Source: Mesoplasma florum L1 (GTDB lineage Bacteria > Bacillota_I > Bacilli_A > Mycoplasmatales > Mycoplasmataceae). Taken from it: a stretch of DNA of 32,000 bases. The stretch covers positions 450,001 to 482,000 of the forward strand of contig NC_006055.1 of NCBI RefSeq assembly GCF_000008305.1. The letters run 5' to 3'. Position numbers and translations under genes: made by a program. The stretch's first letter is position 1, and each line of letters starts with the position of its first letter. Shown here piece by piece: positions 10,796-26,264 of this stretch. The notes beneath the pieces were generated by a model. That model was not told the origin of the DNA. It searched no databases and was given only the letters and a program-made list of their open reading frames with translations.

Positions 10796-13700
10796 CTACG
10801 CTAAACTTGTTATTTGAGTTAAAGGGTTTCTTTTTACTTGTTTATTTGATGCATACCAACCAAATAGTAAAACTACTGACATAACTGATAAAGTTATTAA
10901 AATAGTTTTTAAATCAACTGTCATAAAAATATAAACACTAAACTTGTTTGCTATTCATGTTAATAATATTTTTCAGAATATAACAGACGCAATATATGCA
11001 GCTATAAAAGATATTAAAGCCCCAATAGCATAACTACCCATTACAACTCAATTTATTTCTTTATCTTTATAACCTAAAGCTTGTAGAGTTAATATAACTA
11101 TTTTAGCTTCTTCAACTATGATACCAATAATTACAACTAGAATTATTGCAAGAAGAACAGTTGTTAATAATACAAATATTAACATAACTCTATCAACTAT
11201 TTCAGTTGCTTTATTTATAACTAAATTATTTATGATAAAAGAAACTGTTGATGTTCTTGAAGAAAAGTTTAAGAAATATGGATTAACAACAGATTTTAAG
11301 TTTGTAGTTACATTTGGACTCAAAGAATTAGTATATTTGAAAACTGGTCTTAAAATATCTAACATTATTGGTGTATCTTCATTAATTAAAATTGATGAAT
11401 TTTTTTCAATAATTTTAATTGAATAAAATAATTCCATAAAATCACTAGTTTTTGTATTAACTGAAATCATTTCATTTTTTGAATATAAACTTGAAAATCT
11501 CACTGGAAGGCTTTCATCATAAAATTTAGTTTTAAAATCTTCTGAATTAATTCAAATATTATCTGTGCCTAATTTTATAGTTTCTGCTTTATTAATTCCT
11601 ACAACTCTAAGTTGAACTGTTTGGGGATCTAATGTTTTAGTTTTAAATTCTATAATGTCGTTAATCTTTATATTTTGATTTCTAGCCATACTATATGGAA
11701 TTATTGCATTAACAATATTTGAATTTACATTCTCTTGAGCTGAATTTTTAAATCTTTCAATTTCAGAAGTTGATACATCTTCAAAATTAAACATATTTTC
11801 AAAATTTCCATATTGATTAGACTGAGTATTTACTAATCTTGCATAAACATCAACATCATTATATTGGCCGCTTTGTGATAAACCAATTCAGTCAAATAAG
11901 ACTTCATTTTCTTTATCATACATAACATTATTAATATTTAACATGTAATCATTTTCATCATAATTATCAAAATCTGTTAATTGTGTTGTTTGAAATACAT
12001 TTGTTGCAACCGAATTCATATTTGTAAAATTAGCTCTAACTAAAAGCGGTATATACTGTTTTAAATCATTAGAAAATATCTCATCAATTTGACTTAATAA
12101 TCAATTGTCTAATAAGTTTCTTTGTTTTGTGTCATAGATATTAACTTTATTAATTAACTTGTTTGTATATAATTTTTGATACGCATTATCAATATATTCA
12201 TTTGTTGTTGTTGCTCCAACTAGATCGTTTATCTCAATTATTTGATTAGACTTACCTATAATTTCTTGTAATGCAGAAATTGTTAAATCAATTTGAGCTA
12301 TTTTTACTGCAAAAATATAAGATAAATCCTTACTGAAAATATGTTTTACAATATCAGATTGCATAGATGCAATTGATAAAGAATTACTTTCGTTTGTTTT
12401 TTCATTTAAATCTAATATTTGAGAAGTTGTTCCAGTTAATTTAATTTCCTCAACACCTTTTATAAAAGCAGAATTTTGAGAATTTAAATTATATGACATA
12501 ATTGTTTTTATAAAACTATTATTACTACTTTCTTCTAAGATTAAATCATTTGTTTTAATGTTCAACATATTGTTTAAAATAAAATACATTTCACTTCTTG
12601 GTAATAAGAAATTAGCTTTATCAGTTGAATTTAATGTCATAAAATAGTTATTAGTCATTTGAATTACTGCATCTATTCTAAATCTATATTCTTCTGAAGA
12701 TGTTTTGTTCAAATATTCATTTGTATTTTTATATTCAGAATAATCATTATAATCAGGAGATGTTCTATTTCATTCATATTTGTAATTAAATTTATTTTGT
12801 CCTTCAGTAATATCTAATGTTGGATTAGAATTTCATCAATTATAGTAATGATCTGTTTTTTCGTTATAAACTGCAAACGATTGATTTAACATTTTTGTCA
12901 TTAAACTTTGAGCACCAAATAATAATATATAAGTAAATGATGCACATGCAAATAATGTTTGAACAGTATAAAACTTTCCTTTTGAAGTTCTAACAAAAGC
13001 TCTTCTCAATCTTCAATTGAAAAACTTTTCTCCTGCAAATATTTTTTTAAATAATATTCCTTGTTTTATATTAGCTTTTGTTTTTCTACTATTAGACATT
13101 AATGATAAAACAGGCTCTTTTATATATAAGATAGTTGTTATGTAACTTATTAGAATAAAAAGTAATGGTATAAGAATAAATAGAGAAAACAAGAATAATG
13201 GGCTTAAGTAAATAGTGCTAAAGCTAATTGAAACAGTATTTTCAAATGCCTTTGCAGCGAAAGTCTGTATAGGAATAGAAATTATAAATCCAAAGATTAA
13301 ACTAATAAAAAATAAAATACCGGTTTTTATTGAAAATATTCAACTTAACTCACTAGTTTTATAACCAAATGATTTAAATATTCCTAACTGTTTTCTTGTT
13401 TCATTCATTTCTTTTTTAAGTTGAAAATTAATGAATAAGAAAGCTAGCACTAAAATTATAGTTCCTAAAACAACATTTATAATTATTCTAATTTGTAGAT
13501 TTTCTAACGCTTTAGCAACTTTTGTTTCGCTTCAAGGAATAAAATTATTTTCTAAATTTGATAGTATTTTAACATCATCATTTGTTTTAAATAGTTCAAA
13601 AGGTATTTCATTTGTTGAGTTTACATTTTTTATCTTTAATTCTAAATTATATGAAGCTTCGTTACTTAATAGGTTTCAAGAGTAATCTCTAAATTTATTA

Positions 13701-15022
13701 ATGAATTTTTGATTTAAATAAATAAAACCATAAGTTTCCATGCTTTGTGAAAATGCTGAAAAGTTATTACCAGGAACAAAGTCATCAAAAGTTTGCCCTA
13801 TTCCAACAATTTTAACAGTTGTTGATTGATTTGCAAAAAAACTTTCTGTTGGTAATATGCTTTGAACTATTTTGTTTGATAGTATTGCATTAAATATTAA
13901 ATTATTTGAATTAGCTATAGGCATTTTTATTTCATCACCTATTTTAATATTATTTGCACTTGCAAAAGCTGATGAAATAATAATTTCAGGTTGTTTGTTT
14001 AAATTTCAACTTTCAGTTTTTCTTGATTTTTTATTACCTTTATCAAAAATAATATTATTAAATTCATTAGTTGAATCAGTTCTTATTTCAAAAGTTTGAG
14101 AACTAGTTAAAACTCCTGCTTCACTTTTTTGAAATACAAAATTTTTATTAATGTTTATTTCGTAATTAGATTCATCATTATTTTTATTTAAAATTTCATT
14201 AAAAAGTAGTATTCTATCATCATGTTGATATTTTTCATTTGCTAAAATTTTTGAATACTCAGAATTAAAAACTGTATAACTTGAAATTTTAATTGTTTTA
14301 GGATTTCAGTTAGCAATTAAATTTTTTATATCGTCAAGATTAGTTATTGATGAAATTGAATTTATATCTTGAATAATACCATTCACATAAGCAAAATTTA
14401 ATATTCTATATAATGTTGAAAATCCTATACTTGCAACTGAAGAATAAATATTAGTTTCATCATCGTTTTGTAAAAAATTTTCTAAATCATATAAACCTAA
14501 CTCTAATGATTTTTGAACATGATATTTAAAAACTTCTTGAGGTGTAGGTAATTCAAATTTTGAATCAAAGTTTGCTGAATCTTTGTATGATAATTCAAAT
14601 GCTGTAGAATTAGCTGATAATCTATATCTTCTTAAAGATGAATTGACTTGTAATGTTATTCTTTCTTTTTCCTCAGAATTAAAATTATTTCAATTTAAAT
14701 AATAATCTTTATCTTTTTTATTTGTTGAATCAGTTCATAATTTTGCATTTAAAAATTCTATAAATTTAGGATCTAAATAATCTTTTGCATACTTAGTTAT
14801 AAATTCCTCACTGTAAAGCATATCTTCACTAGCAGAAGAAAAATTTGAATTATAAGCTACATTTTGTTGTTGTGCTGAATTCATTTTTGAATATATTTGT
14901 AAAGGTGTTGCTAACATCCCAATGACTGATGCAGCTAATGTAACAATAAAAATTATCATGAATAAAGTTGATAATCAGTTTTTAAAAAAAGTTTTTAGAT
15001 AACTTTTCATTATTTTATTCAT
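10796..15022 (-). CDS. very large ABC transporter permease with FtsX-like domains (1408 aa)
   Basis: Continuous frame with TGA=Trp linking the track ORFs at 11048, 11552, 12101, 13676 and 14735 (all start positions congruent mod 3 with the stop at 10796). N-terminal MNKIMKSYLKTFFKNWLSTLFMIIFIVTLAASVIGMLATPLQIYSKMNSAQQQN, multiple hydrophobic segments, and a C-terminal FtsX-like segment TVLLTTVLLAIILVVIIGIIVEEAKIVILTLQALGYKDKEI. Confidence 0.85.
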
Positions 15023-15074
15023 TAAAATCACCAAAAAACCCTTCTTATTTTAAATATATTTTAACATTTATAAC

Positions 15075-15102
15075 TAAAAAAAAGAATCCTTACGGATTCT
15101 TT
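15075..15102 (-). terminator. terminator of the rRNA operon
   Basis: Minus strand AAAGAATCC-GTAA-GGATTCTTT followed by TTTTTAG, 5 nt beyond the 5S 3' end. Confidence 0.85.
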
Positions 15103-15106
15103 CATA

Positions 15107-15214
15107 AACTGGCAGCGTTCTATTTTCTCACAATGCAATATCGTCGACGCTGTAGAGCTTAACTTCTGTGTTCGGTATGGGAACAGGTGTGACCTCTACG
15201 CTATGACCACCAGA
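15107..15214 (-). rRNA. rrf: 5S ribosomal RNA
   Basis: Minus strand TCTGGTGGTCATAGCGTAGAGGTCACACCTGTTCCCATACCGAACACAGAAGTTAAGCTCTACAGCG...CGCTGCCAG; conserved 5S text. Ends approximate. Confidence 0.95.
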
Positions 15215-15228
15215 TCTTTTTTTAAATT

Positions 15229-15254
15229 GTTCTCTGAAAACTGGATATTAGATG
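15229..15254 (-). other. 3' arm of the 23S precursor processing stem
   Basis: Plus GTTCTCTGAAAACTGGATATTAGATG; differs at only two positions from the reverse complement of 18286-18311. Confidence 0.8.
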
Positions 15255-15280
15255 ATTACATACTCAATTGCTTCTTTTTT

Positions 15281-18198
<2,918 letters not shown>

Positions 18199-18285
18199 AT
18201 CTTAAAGCAATTGATAATTGATTCAGTAAAATTATTTTTATTTGTTAAAAATTGTTGATTTATTTTAATCTTTTACAATGCTTTT

Positions 18286-18311
18286 CATCTAATATTCAGT
18301 TTTCAAAGAAC
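18286..18311 (-). other. 5' arm of the 23S precursor stem, including a boxA-like sequence TGTTCTTTGAAAACT
   Basis: Minus GTTCTTTGAAAACTGAATATTAGATG; pairs with 15229-15254; resembles the rRNA boxA antitermination element. Confidence 0.8.
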
Positions 18312-18339
18312 AATTCTCTTTCAGAGATTATATTTAAAT

Positions 18340-18362
18340 AATCCCTGAAAACTAAATAGAAC
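18340..18362 (-). other. 3' arm of the 16S precursor processing stem
   Basis: Minus GTTCTATTTAGTTTTCAGGGATT; 17 Watson-Crick pairs plus further pairs including G-U with 20011-20033. Confidence 0.8.
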
Positions 18363-18396
18363 ATATAATAGTCAATCTGTTTTGTTTTTATCTCCA

Positions 18397-19927
<1,531 letters not shown>

Positions 19928-20010
19928 TATTGTTTTGATTCTGACTATTATATTTTTTTGTATATTATTCTGTACTCAATTTGAAATTGTTACAGGATTG
20001 TACAATTGTT

Positions 20011-20034
20011 GTTCTATTTAGTTTTCAAAGATCA
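20011..20034 (-). promoter_or_regulatory. rRNA leader boxA-like element TGATCTTTGAAAACT and 5' arm of the 16S processing stem
   Basis: Minus TGATCTTTGAAAACTAAATAGAAC; homologous to the pre-23S copy and complementary to 18340-18362. Confidence 0.78.
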
Positions 20035-20056
20035 TTTCCCAATCAGGGACTTTTTA

Positions 20057-20086
20057 ATAATAGCATAAGTTTTTATCAAGTTGCAA
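20057..20086 (-). promoter_or_regulatory. probable rRNA operon promoter
   Basis: Minus TTGCAA - 18 nt - TATTAT, upstream of boxA and 16S. Confidence 0.5.
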
Positions 20087-20173
20087 CAAATTTAAAAAAT
20101 TTTTTCCAAAAAATAAAAAAAATTTAAAAACTCTTAAAAAAGAATTTAAAAATTTGTTATTCTTTGTATTTAA

Positions 20174-20854
20174 TTAAATATTTTCATAAACCAATTTAGC
20201 TACTTTAATTACAGAAAAGGGGTTTTGTCCTGTAATTAAATTTCCATCCTTTAACGCGTATGGCTTATAAAATCTTTTGCTTTTAAAATTAGCATTATTT
20301 TTAATTGCTATTTTTTTATTAAGAAAAGGTACCTTCCTATATTTACCACTTAAAATTTCTTCTGTCGTTGTAAATCCTGTAATATTTCTACTTTCAATAA
20401 TAAATTTATTATTCTTATCCTTTAAATAAAGTAAACCTGCGATTCCATGACATACTGAAGATACTATTTTATTTTTTTCATAAATTTTTAAAGCTATGTC
20501 GTGAATTTCTTTGTTATTTGTAAAATCTCACATTACTCCGTGACCACCTGTGAAATATATACAATCATATTCCTCGTCTTTTATATCACTTGGTTTTAAT
20601 GAATTAGTTAACGCTTTATCAACAAATCATTTATCTTTATAAAGTTTAATATCTTCCTCACTTGCAAATTTTAAGCTTCTTGGATCTACAGGAACTTTTC
20701 CTCCCTTAGGGCTGATGAAAGTAAATTCAAATTTAATATCAGTGTTTTTTAAAAAATTGATAAATTCGGTTGCTTCACCAAGCCACAATCCAGTTTTTTC
20801 CTTGTAATTACCATATTGGTTTGTATTAGTTAATACAATAAGTATCTTTTTCAC
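20174..20854 (-). CDS. DJ-1/PfpI (Hsp31-like) type 1 glutamine amidotransferase family protein
   Basis: GTG start: MKKILIVLTNTNQYGNYKEKTGLWLGEATEF...EYDCIYFTGGHGVMCDFTNNKEIHDIALKIYEKNKIVSSVCHGIAGLL...ESRNITGFTTTEE...; nucleophile Cys in VCHG and GGHGVMCDF motif; preceded by a strong SD (aggagg). Confidence 0.88.
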
Positions 20855-20876
20855 TATAATAACTCCTCTTTTAGTA

Positions 20877-22109
20877 TTATTTTTTCATCTCCTCATATAA
20901 AGATCAAAGTTTTCTTTCATACGCAGAGTTTGTTTTAGGTTTGAAATATTTAATATTTTTTATCTCATTAGGTAAATATTGTTGAGCAACTCAACCTTTT
21001 TCTTCAACATGTGGGTATAAATAGTTAACACCTCTATTTAATTTAACAGCTGATTTATAATGATTGTCTTTTAAATGAGATGGCACTTCATATGCCATTC
21101 CATTTTTAACATCTTCAAAAGCTTTGCCACTTGCCATTAAAGCAGAGTTTGATTTTTGACTTAAAGCCATTTCTATAATAACTAAACCTAATGGAATAAT
21201 TCCTTCAGGCATTCCAATTTGTCTAAATGCATCACACGCTTGCATAACTCTTGGTGGTAAACTTGGGTTTGCTAGCCCTATATCTTCATATGCCATAATA
21301 ACCATTCTTCGCATTAAAGTTTCATAATCTCCAATAGATAATAATCTACTAAAATAATGTAAGCTAGCATCAACATCACTACCTCTAACTGATTTTTGCA
21401 ATGCTGATTTTAAATCATGAAAATCATCTCCAGTAGCTCCACTTGGATTTTTTCCTTGAGAAATAATTGAAGAAATTAAATCAATTGTAATTTCTTCACC
21501 TTTATATAAATTATGAAACAGTTCAATATTATTTAAAAGACTTCTAATATCTCCACTATTTAATTCACATAAGTATTTAAGTGATTCAGGTTTAATATTA
21601 ATATCTACTTTTTTATCTTTAATTAATTTGTTTACAAAAGCAAAAGATTCATCATGACTTACTCTTTTTAATTCTAATATTGTGGCCCTACTTCTAATAG
21701 CGGGGTTAATTGTAAAAAATGGATTCTCTGTAGTTGTTGCAAATAAATATACGTTCCCACTCTCCATAAAGTTCAATAATATATCTTGCTTGTCACGATT
21801 TAATCTATGTATTTCATCAATTATTAAAATAAATCTTTCTTTATTTATAGCTTTATCAATAATTTTAGTTAGATTTTCTTTTTTATCATAACTTGCATTA
21901 AACAAATCATATTCAATATTAAGATCATTAGCTAATGCTATAGCAAATGAAGTTTTACCAACCCCACTTGGCCCATAAAAGATTAATGATCTACAAAAAT
22001 TATTACTTATCATTTTTTTAATTAAACCATCTTCTTTTAATAGATTCTCTTGACCTATAATTTCAGATGTTGTCTTTGGTCTTAATAAATATGCTAATGG
22101 TGTATTCAT
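20877..22109 (-). CDS. rarA: RarA/MgsA-type replication-associated recombination AAA+ ATPase
   Basis: MNTPLAYLLRPKTTSEIIGQENLL...LIFYGPSGVGKTSFAIALAND...ILIIDEIHRLNRDKQDILL...LFATTTENPFFTINPAIRSR...EDIGLANP...; extends past the track ORF via TGA(Trp) to TAA at 20877. Confidence 0.94.
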
Positions 22110-22127
22110 AATTCCTCCTTAATAAAA

Positions 22128-22151
22128 AATAACTAGTTTTTACTAGTTATT
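22128..22151 (-). terminator. terminator downstream of lon
   Basis: Perfect 10-bp inverted repeat AATAACTAGT-N4-ACTAGTTATT, followed on the minus strand by TTTTTAT. Confidence 0.75.
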
Positions 22152-22160
22152 ATTTTACTC

Positions 22161-24524
22161 TTATTTTGTTTTAAAAACTATTGCAAATACCTCTTCATAT
22201 TTTTCAGCAGGTATAATTTTTAGTTTTGCTTTTACTTCATCTGGAATTTCGTCTAAGTCTCTTTCATTTTTCTTTGGAATAATGATTGTTTTCAATCCAC
22301 TTCTTGAAGCAGAAATTGATTTTTCTCTTAATCCACCAATTGGCAATACATTTCCTCTTAGTGTGATTTCACCAGTCATTCCAATTTCTTTTGAAACTGG
22401 TTTATCTGAAAGTGCAGAAATTAAAGCAGTTGTAATTGTGATACCAGCACTTGGTCCATCTTTTGGAACAGCTCCTTCAGGAACGTGAACATGAATATCA
22501 TTTTCTTCAAATACTTTTTTATCTACTCCAAATTTTTCAAAGTTTGATTTAACATAAGTTAACGCAATTGTTGCAGATTCTTTCATAACTTCACCAAGTT
22601 TACCTGTAAGAATTAAATTTCCTTTACCAGGGTATAAACTTACTTCAATTGGTAAAATATCTCCACCAAATTGTGTATATGCTAAACCTGTAACCACACC
22701 AATTTGAGATTCTTCTTGTTTTTCAGTGTGATCAAAAATTCTTTTACCTAATAAATCATTTACTTGTTTTTCATCAATAACAATTTTATCCATTTCACCA
22801 TTTAGATTTTTAACAATATACTTTCTAATAATAGAATTAATATGTCTTTCTAATTGACGCACACCAGCTTCTCTAGTGTAATATTTAATAATTTCATTAA
22901 TTGCACCTTCAGTAAATGATATTTCTTCTGAAGTTAATTCATGTTGTTCTATTGCTTTTGGAACTAAATAATCTTGTGCTATCTTAACTTTTTCAATTTC
23001 AGTATAGCTAGATAAATTTATGATTTCCATACGGTCATATAAGGCTTCAGGAATATCTTCAGGATAGTTAGCAGTTGCTATAAACATAACTTGGCTTAGA
23101 TCATATGGTTCTTCAATATAATGATCTGAAAACTCTTTGTTTTGTTCTGGGTCAAGAACCTCTAACATTGCACTTGCTGGATCACCTCTGTGATCAGATG
23201 CCATTTTATCAATTTCATCAAGCAAGAATAATGGGTTTTTTACTTTTGCTCTTTTCATTGTTTGAATAATTCTTCCTGGCATTGAACCAACATAAGTTTT
23301 TCTATGTCCACGAATTTCTGATTCATCTTTAACTCCACCTAAACTTACTTTAACAAAGTTTTTTCCAACTGCTTCTGCAATTGATTTTGCTAAACTTGTT
23401 TTACCTACACCTGGGGGACCAACTAATGTAATAATTGGTGCTTTTAGTGATTTTGTTTTAGTTTTAACAGCTAAGTACTCAATAATTCTTTCTTTAACTT
23501 TTTTCATACCATAATGATGTTTGTCTAAAATTTTTTTAGCATATTTTAAATCAGTTAAGTCTTCAGTTTCTTCTCATCAAGGAATACTCATCATTCAATC
23601 AATGTAATTTTTCTCAGTATTTCATTCAGGAGTTCCTGATTGAAGTGCTTCAACTCTTTTGATAGAAGCCATAATTTTTCTTTTGACTTCTTCAGGGAAA
23701 GGTTCTTTAGCTAAACGTTCTTTATATTTTTCTAATGAACTGTCATCAGAATCATCTTCATCTTCTAATTCATCTTTGATAATTCTCATTTTTTCTCTTA
23801 GATAATATTCTTTTTGTTGTTTATCCATTTTTTCTTTTAATTTATGGTTTAGTTCTTGTTCAATTTCATTCTTTTGTCTTGCTGCATCAATTGATTCTGC
23901 ATTTCTTGTTATGATTCCATCTTCAGCAAAAATTATTTTTTCAATAATTGATCATCTTGTTTTTAATGATGGAGATGTTATGTATTCTGGATTTGTCAAT
24001 ATTTTTGATGGAGCCAGTTTAAACATAATTGAATCAAAAGCTAAGCTTAAATCATCAGATTCACCTGATATTAACTGTTTAATTTGTTTTGTTACTAAAC
24101 TAGCTTTAGTTTTGATAGCATCAGAGATTTTTTCAATTAATTCTTTTAACTCTTCATCACTAAAATCATTAATTGATTCAATTAATTCAACTTCCGCATA
24201 TGGCACTTGATCTTCATTTTCAAAAAAGCTAATTACTTTACATCTTTGAATAGGGTTTGTGCTAATAGTTAATGAATTATCTTTTCATTCTTTGATTACT
24301 TCAAAATCAATTAAAATTCCAAATTCATGTAAATCTGAAAATTCAGGTTTTTCAACAGATGCATCAATCTGTGGTATTGCGATCATTTGATTATTTGAAT
24401 TTTTAATCGCATAATTAACGCTCGCTAATGTGTTTTTTCTTCCAACTTCTAAATTCTCTTTAATTCCAGGAACAATAAATGAACCTCTTATTTGGAAAAT
24501 AGGTAGTTTTATTTTTTTACTCAT
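22161..24524 (-). CDS. lon: ATP-dependent protease Lon
   Basis: MSKKIKLPIFQIRGSFIVPGIKENLEVGR...; Walker A GPPGVGKTS, catalytic PKDGPSAGITI; same-frame ORFs 22161, 23622, 23952 and 24285 joined through TGA(Trp). 787 aa. Confidence 0.97.
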
Positions 24525-24565
24525 TTTGTTAACCTCCTATGTGGTTAAATATATATTATCATATT

Positions 24566-24592
24566 GTTTAGCAATTACAATAGTAGAGTGCT
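24566..24592 (-). promoter_or_regulatory. CIRCE (HrcA operator) upstream of lon
   Basis: Minus TTAGCACTC-TACTATTGT-AATTGCTAA; one consensus arm and one 7/9 arm with N9 spacing, 42 bp upstream of the lon ATG. Confidence 0.88.
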
Positions 24593-24595
24593 AAA

Positions 24596-24620
24596 AATAA
24601 AAAAACCTTTATCAGGTTTG
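24596..24620 (-). terminator. terminator downstream of tig
   Basis: Minus AAACCT-GATAA-AGGTTTTTTTATTTTT hairpin plus T tract between tig and the lon CIRCE. Confidence 0.7.
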
Positions 24621-24633
24621 TTTTATTTTATAA

Positions 24634-25914
24634 TTATCCGTTATTTGAATATAAGAAATCAACTAATAAATCGTTAACAATTTCTGATTTTAACATTTCA
24701 GGATTTACCATAGTTTTAATTTGATCAGCAGGAATTCCAAATTGCGCTGCTAAGTTTTCGAATTTAGCATTGATTGCTTCTTCAGTAACTTCAAATTTTT
24801 CTTTACTTCTAATTTCAGATGTAACTAAGTAAGTTTCTAATTTATTTTTAGCATCAGCTGTTAATTCAGCTTTAATAGCTTCATCTGATAAACCAGTAAC
24901 TTTTTTATATTTTTTAATATCTAATCCTTGTTGTTTTAATTGAGCTTCAAATTCTTTTCTTAAATCTGCTGTTTGGTTTTCAATTGCTGTTTTAGGCAAT
25001 TCGATTGTTGAATTTTTAATTATTTCATTAATTAAATCATTAACGAATTGATTTTTAACATTTTGTAATTTTTGTTTTGTAATGTCTTCTTTTACTTTTG
25101 CTTCAAATTGAGCAAAAGTTTCAACATTAGGTAAATTTAAATCTTTAACAAGTTCGTCATCTTTTTTAGGTAATTCTCTTGCTTTAACTTCAATAATGTT
25201 TAATTCAAAAGTTGCAGGTTTGTTTGCTAATTCTGGAGTATAACCTTCTGGGAAAGTTACATCAATTTTAGCTTCTCCAAGTCCTAAACCGATCATTGAA
25301 TCTTCAAATCCAGGAATGAATTGGTTTGAACCTATAACTAATTTATGCCCTTTAGCTTCTCCACCTTTGAAAGCTTCTCCATTCATAAATCCTTTAAAGT
25401 CAAAAGTAACAATATCACCTTTTTCAATTTTTGCATCAGCAGCTTTTGGTTTTTCCATAATGAATTGTTCACAGTATTGATCAATAACTGCTTCAATTTC
25501 TTCTTTTGTAACTTCAACAGTTTCTTTTTTAACTGTTTTAATGTTTTTGTAATCACCTAATTTAATTTCAGGTTTTAAGTCAAATAAGAATTCAATAACT
25601 AATTCTTTTTCACTTACTTTTGCTGGAATTGGTTCTGGTGAGTTCATTGGTTCAACTTTAACTTCTTGAGCTCTTGCAAAGTCAAAAGCAGGTGAAACCA
25701 TCATTCTATAAGCTTCATTATAAATTTTTGAAGGAGTTACATATTTTTCAGCTTGAGCAGCAGGAATTTTTCCTTTTCTAAATCCAGGAACTTCTAAGTT
25801 AGCAAGAACTCTGTTTTTTGCTTTTTTTAAAGTTTCTGTTCATTCTGTTCCATCAATAGTAACAGTTCATTTACCTTGACCTTGTTCAATAATTTTTAAT
25901 TCTGTGAATTTCAT
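24634..25914 (-). CDS. tig: trigger factor
   Basis: MKFTELKIIEQGQGKWTVTIDGTEWTE...; FKBP-like segment KGDIVTFDFKGFMNGEAFKGGEAKGHKLVIGSNQFIPGFEDSMIGL; C-terminal chaperone domain. 426 aa with TGA=Trp. Confidence 0.95.
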
Positions 25915-25933
25915 TTTCTATTCCTCGTTTATT

Positions 25934-26233
25934 CTATCTCTTATAAGCAACAGCTATATTTTTAGGCTTTATGCTTAATGTTTTTACAATTATTTCTTCA
26001 ACAATTTTATTAATTTGATTTTCTTCTAACATTTGTTTTTTGTTTTTTAAATCAATTTTAATTAAAACGTAAAGCAAGTTATCGTGGTATAAGTCTGTTA
26101 ATACTTCAATATTGTCTACATTATTCAAATCTGAGTTTGAACGCATTAAGATTGTATTTTGAATTAACTTATTTAAAGCATTAACTTCAATCTCTAATGC
26201 TCCACGATTATTTCTTTCTATTGAAATATACAT
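25934..26233 (-). CDS. Asp23/YqhY-like small protein
   Basis: 99 aa MYISIERNNRGALEIEVNALNKLIQNTILMRSN...; short fold pattern and linkage downstream of efp resemble Firmicutes YqhY/Asp23. Family assignment is tentative. Confidence 0.5.
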   Translation of the reverse strand: MYISIERNNRGALEIEVNALNKLIQNTILMRSNSDLNNVDNIEVLTDLYHDNLLYVLIKIDLKNKKQMLEENQINKIVEEIIVKTLSIKPKNIAVAYKR

Positions 26234-26264
26234 ATTCTTACACCTCTATTTCTTATTTTTATTA

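Noticed and set aside
18199-18396. tRNA gene in the 16S-23S spacer
   Set aside because: The spacer shows processing-stem and boxA-like sequence only, with no cloverleaf or TTCGA-type T-loop.
20120-20160. Possible hairpin AAAACTCTT...AAGAATTT downstream of the PfpI gene as a terminator
   Set aside because: The stem is short, AT-only at its ends and imperfect; not strong enough to report as a feature.
22128-22151. Palindromic AATAACTAGT...ACTAGTTATT as a transcription factor operator
   Set aside because: Position directly after lon and the T tract following it on the minus strand fit a terminator better.
22161-24524. lon as a pseudogene or as several split protease ORFs
   Set aside because: All fragments are in the same frame and are interrupted only by TGA, which encodes Trp here.
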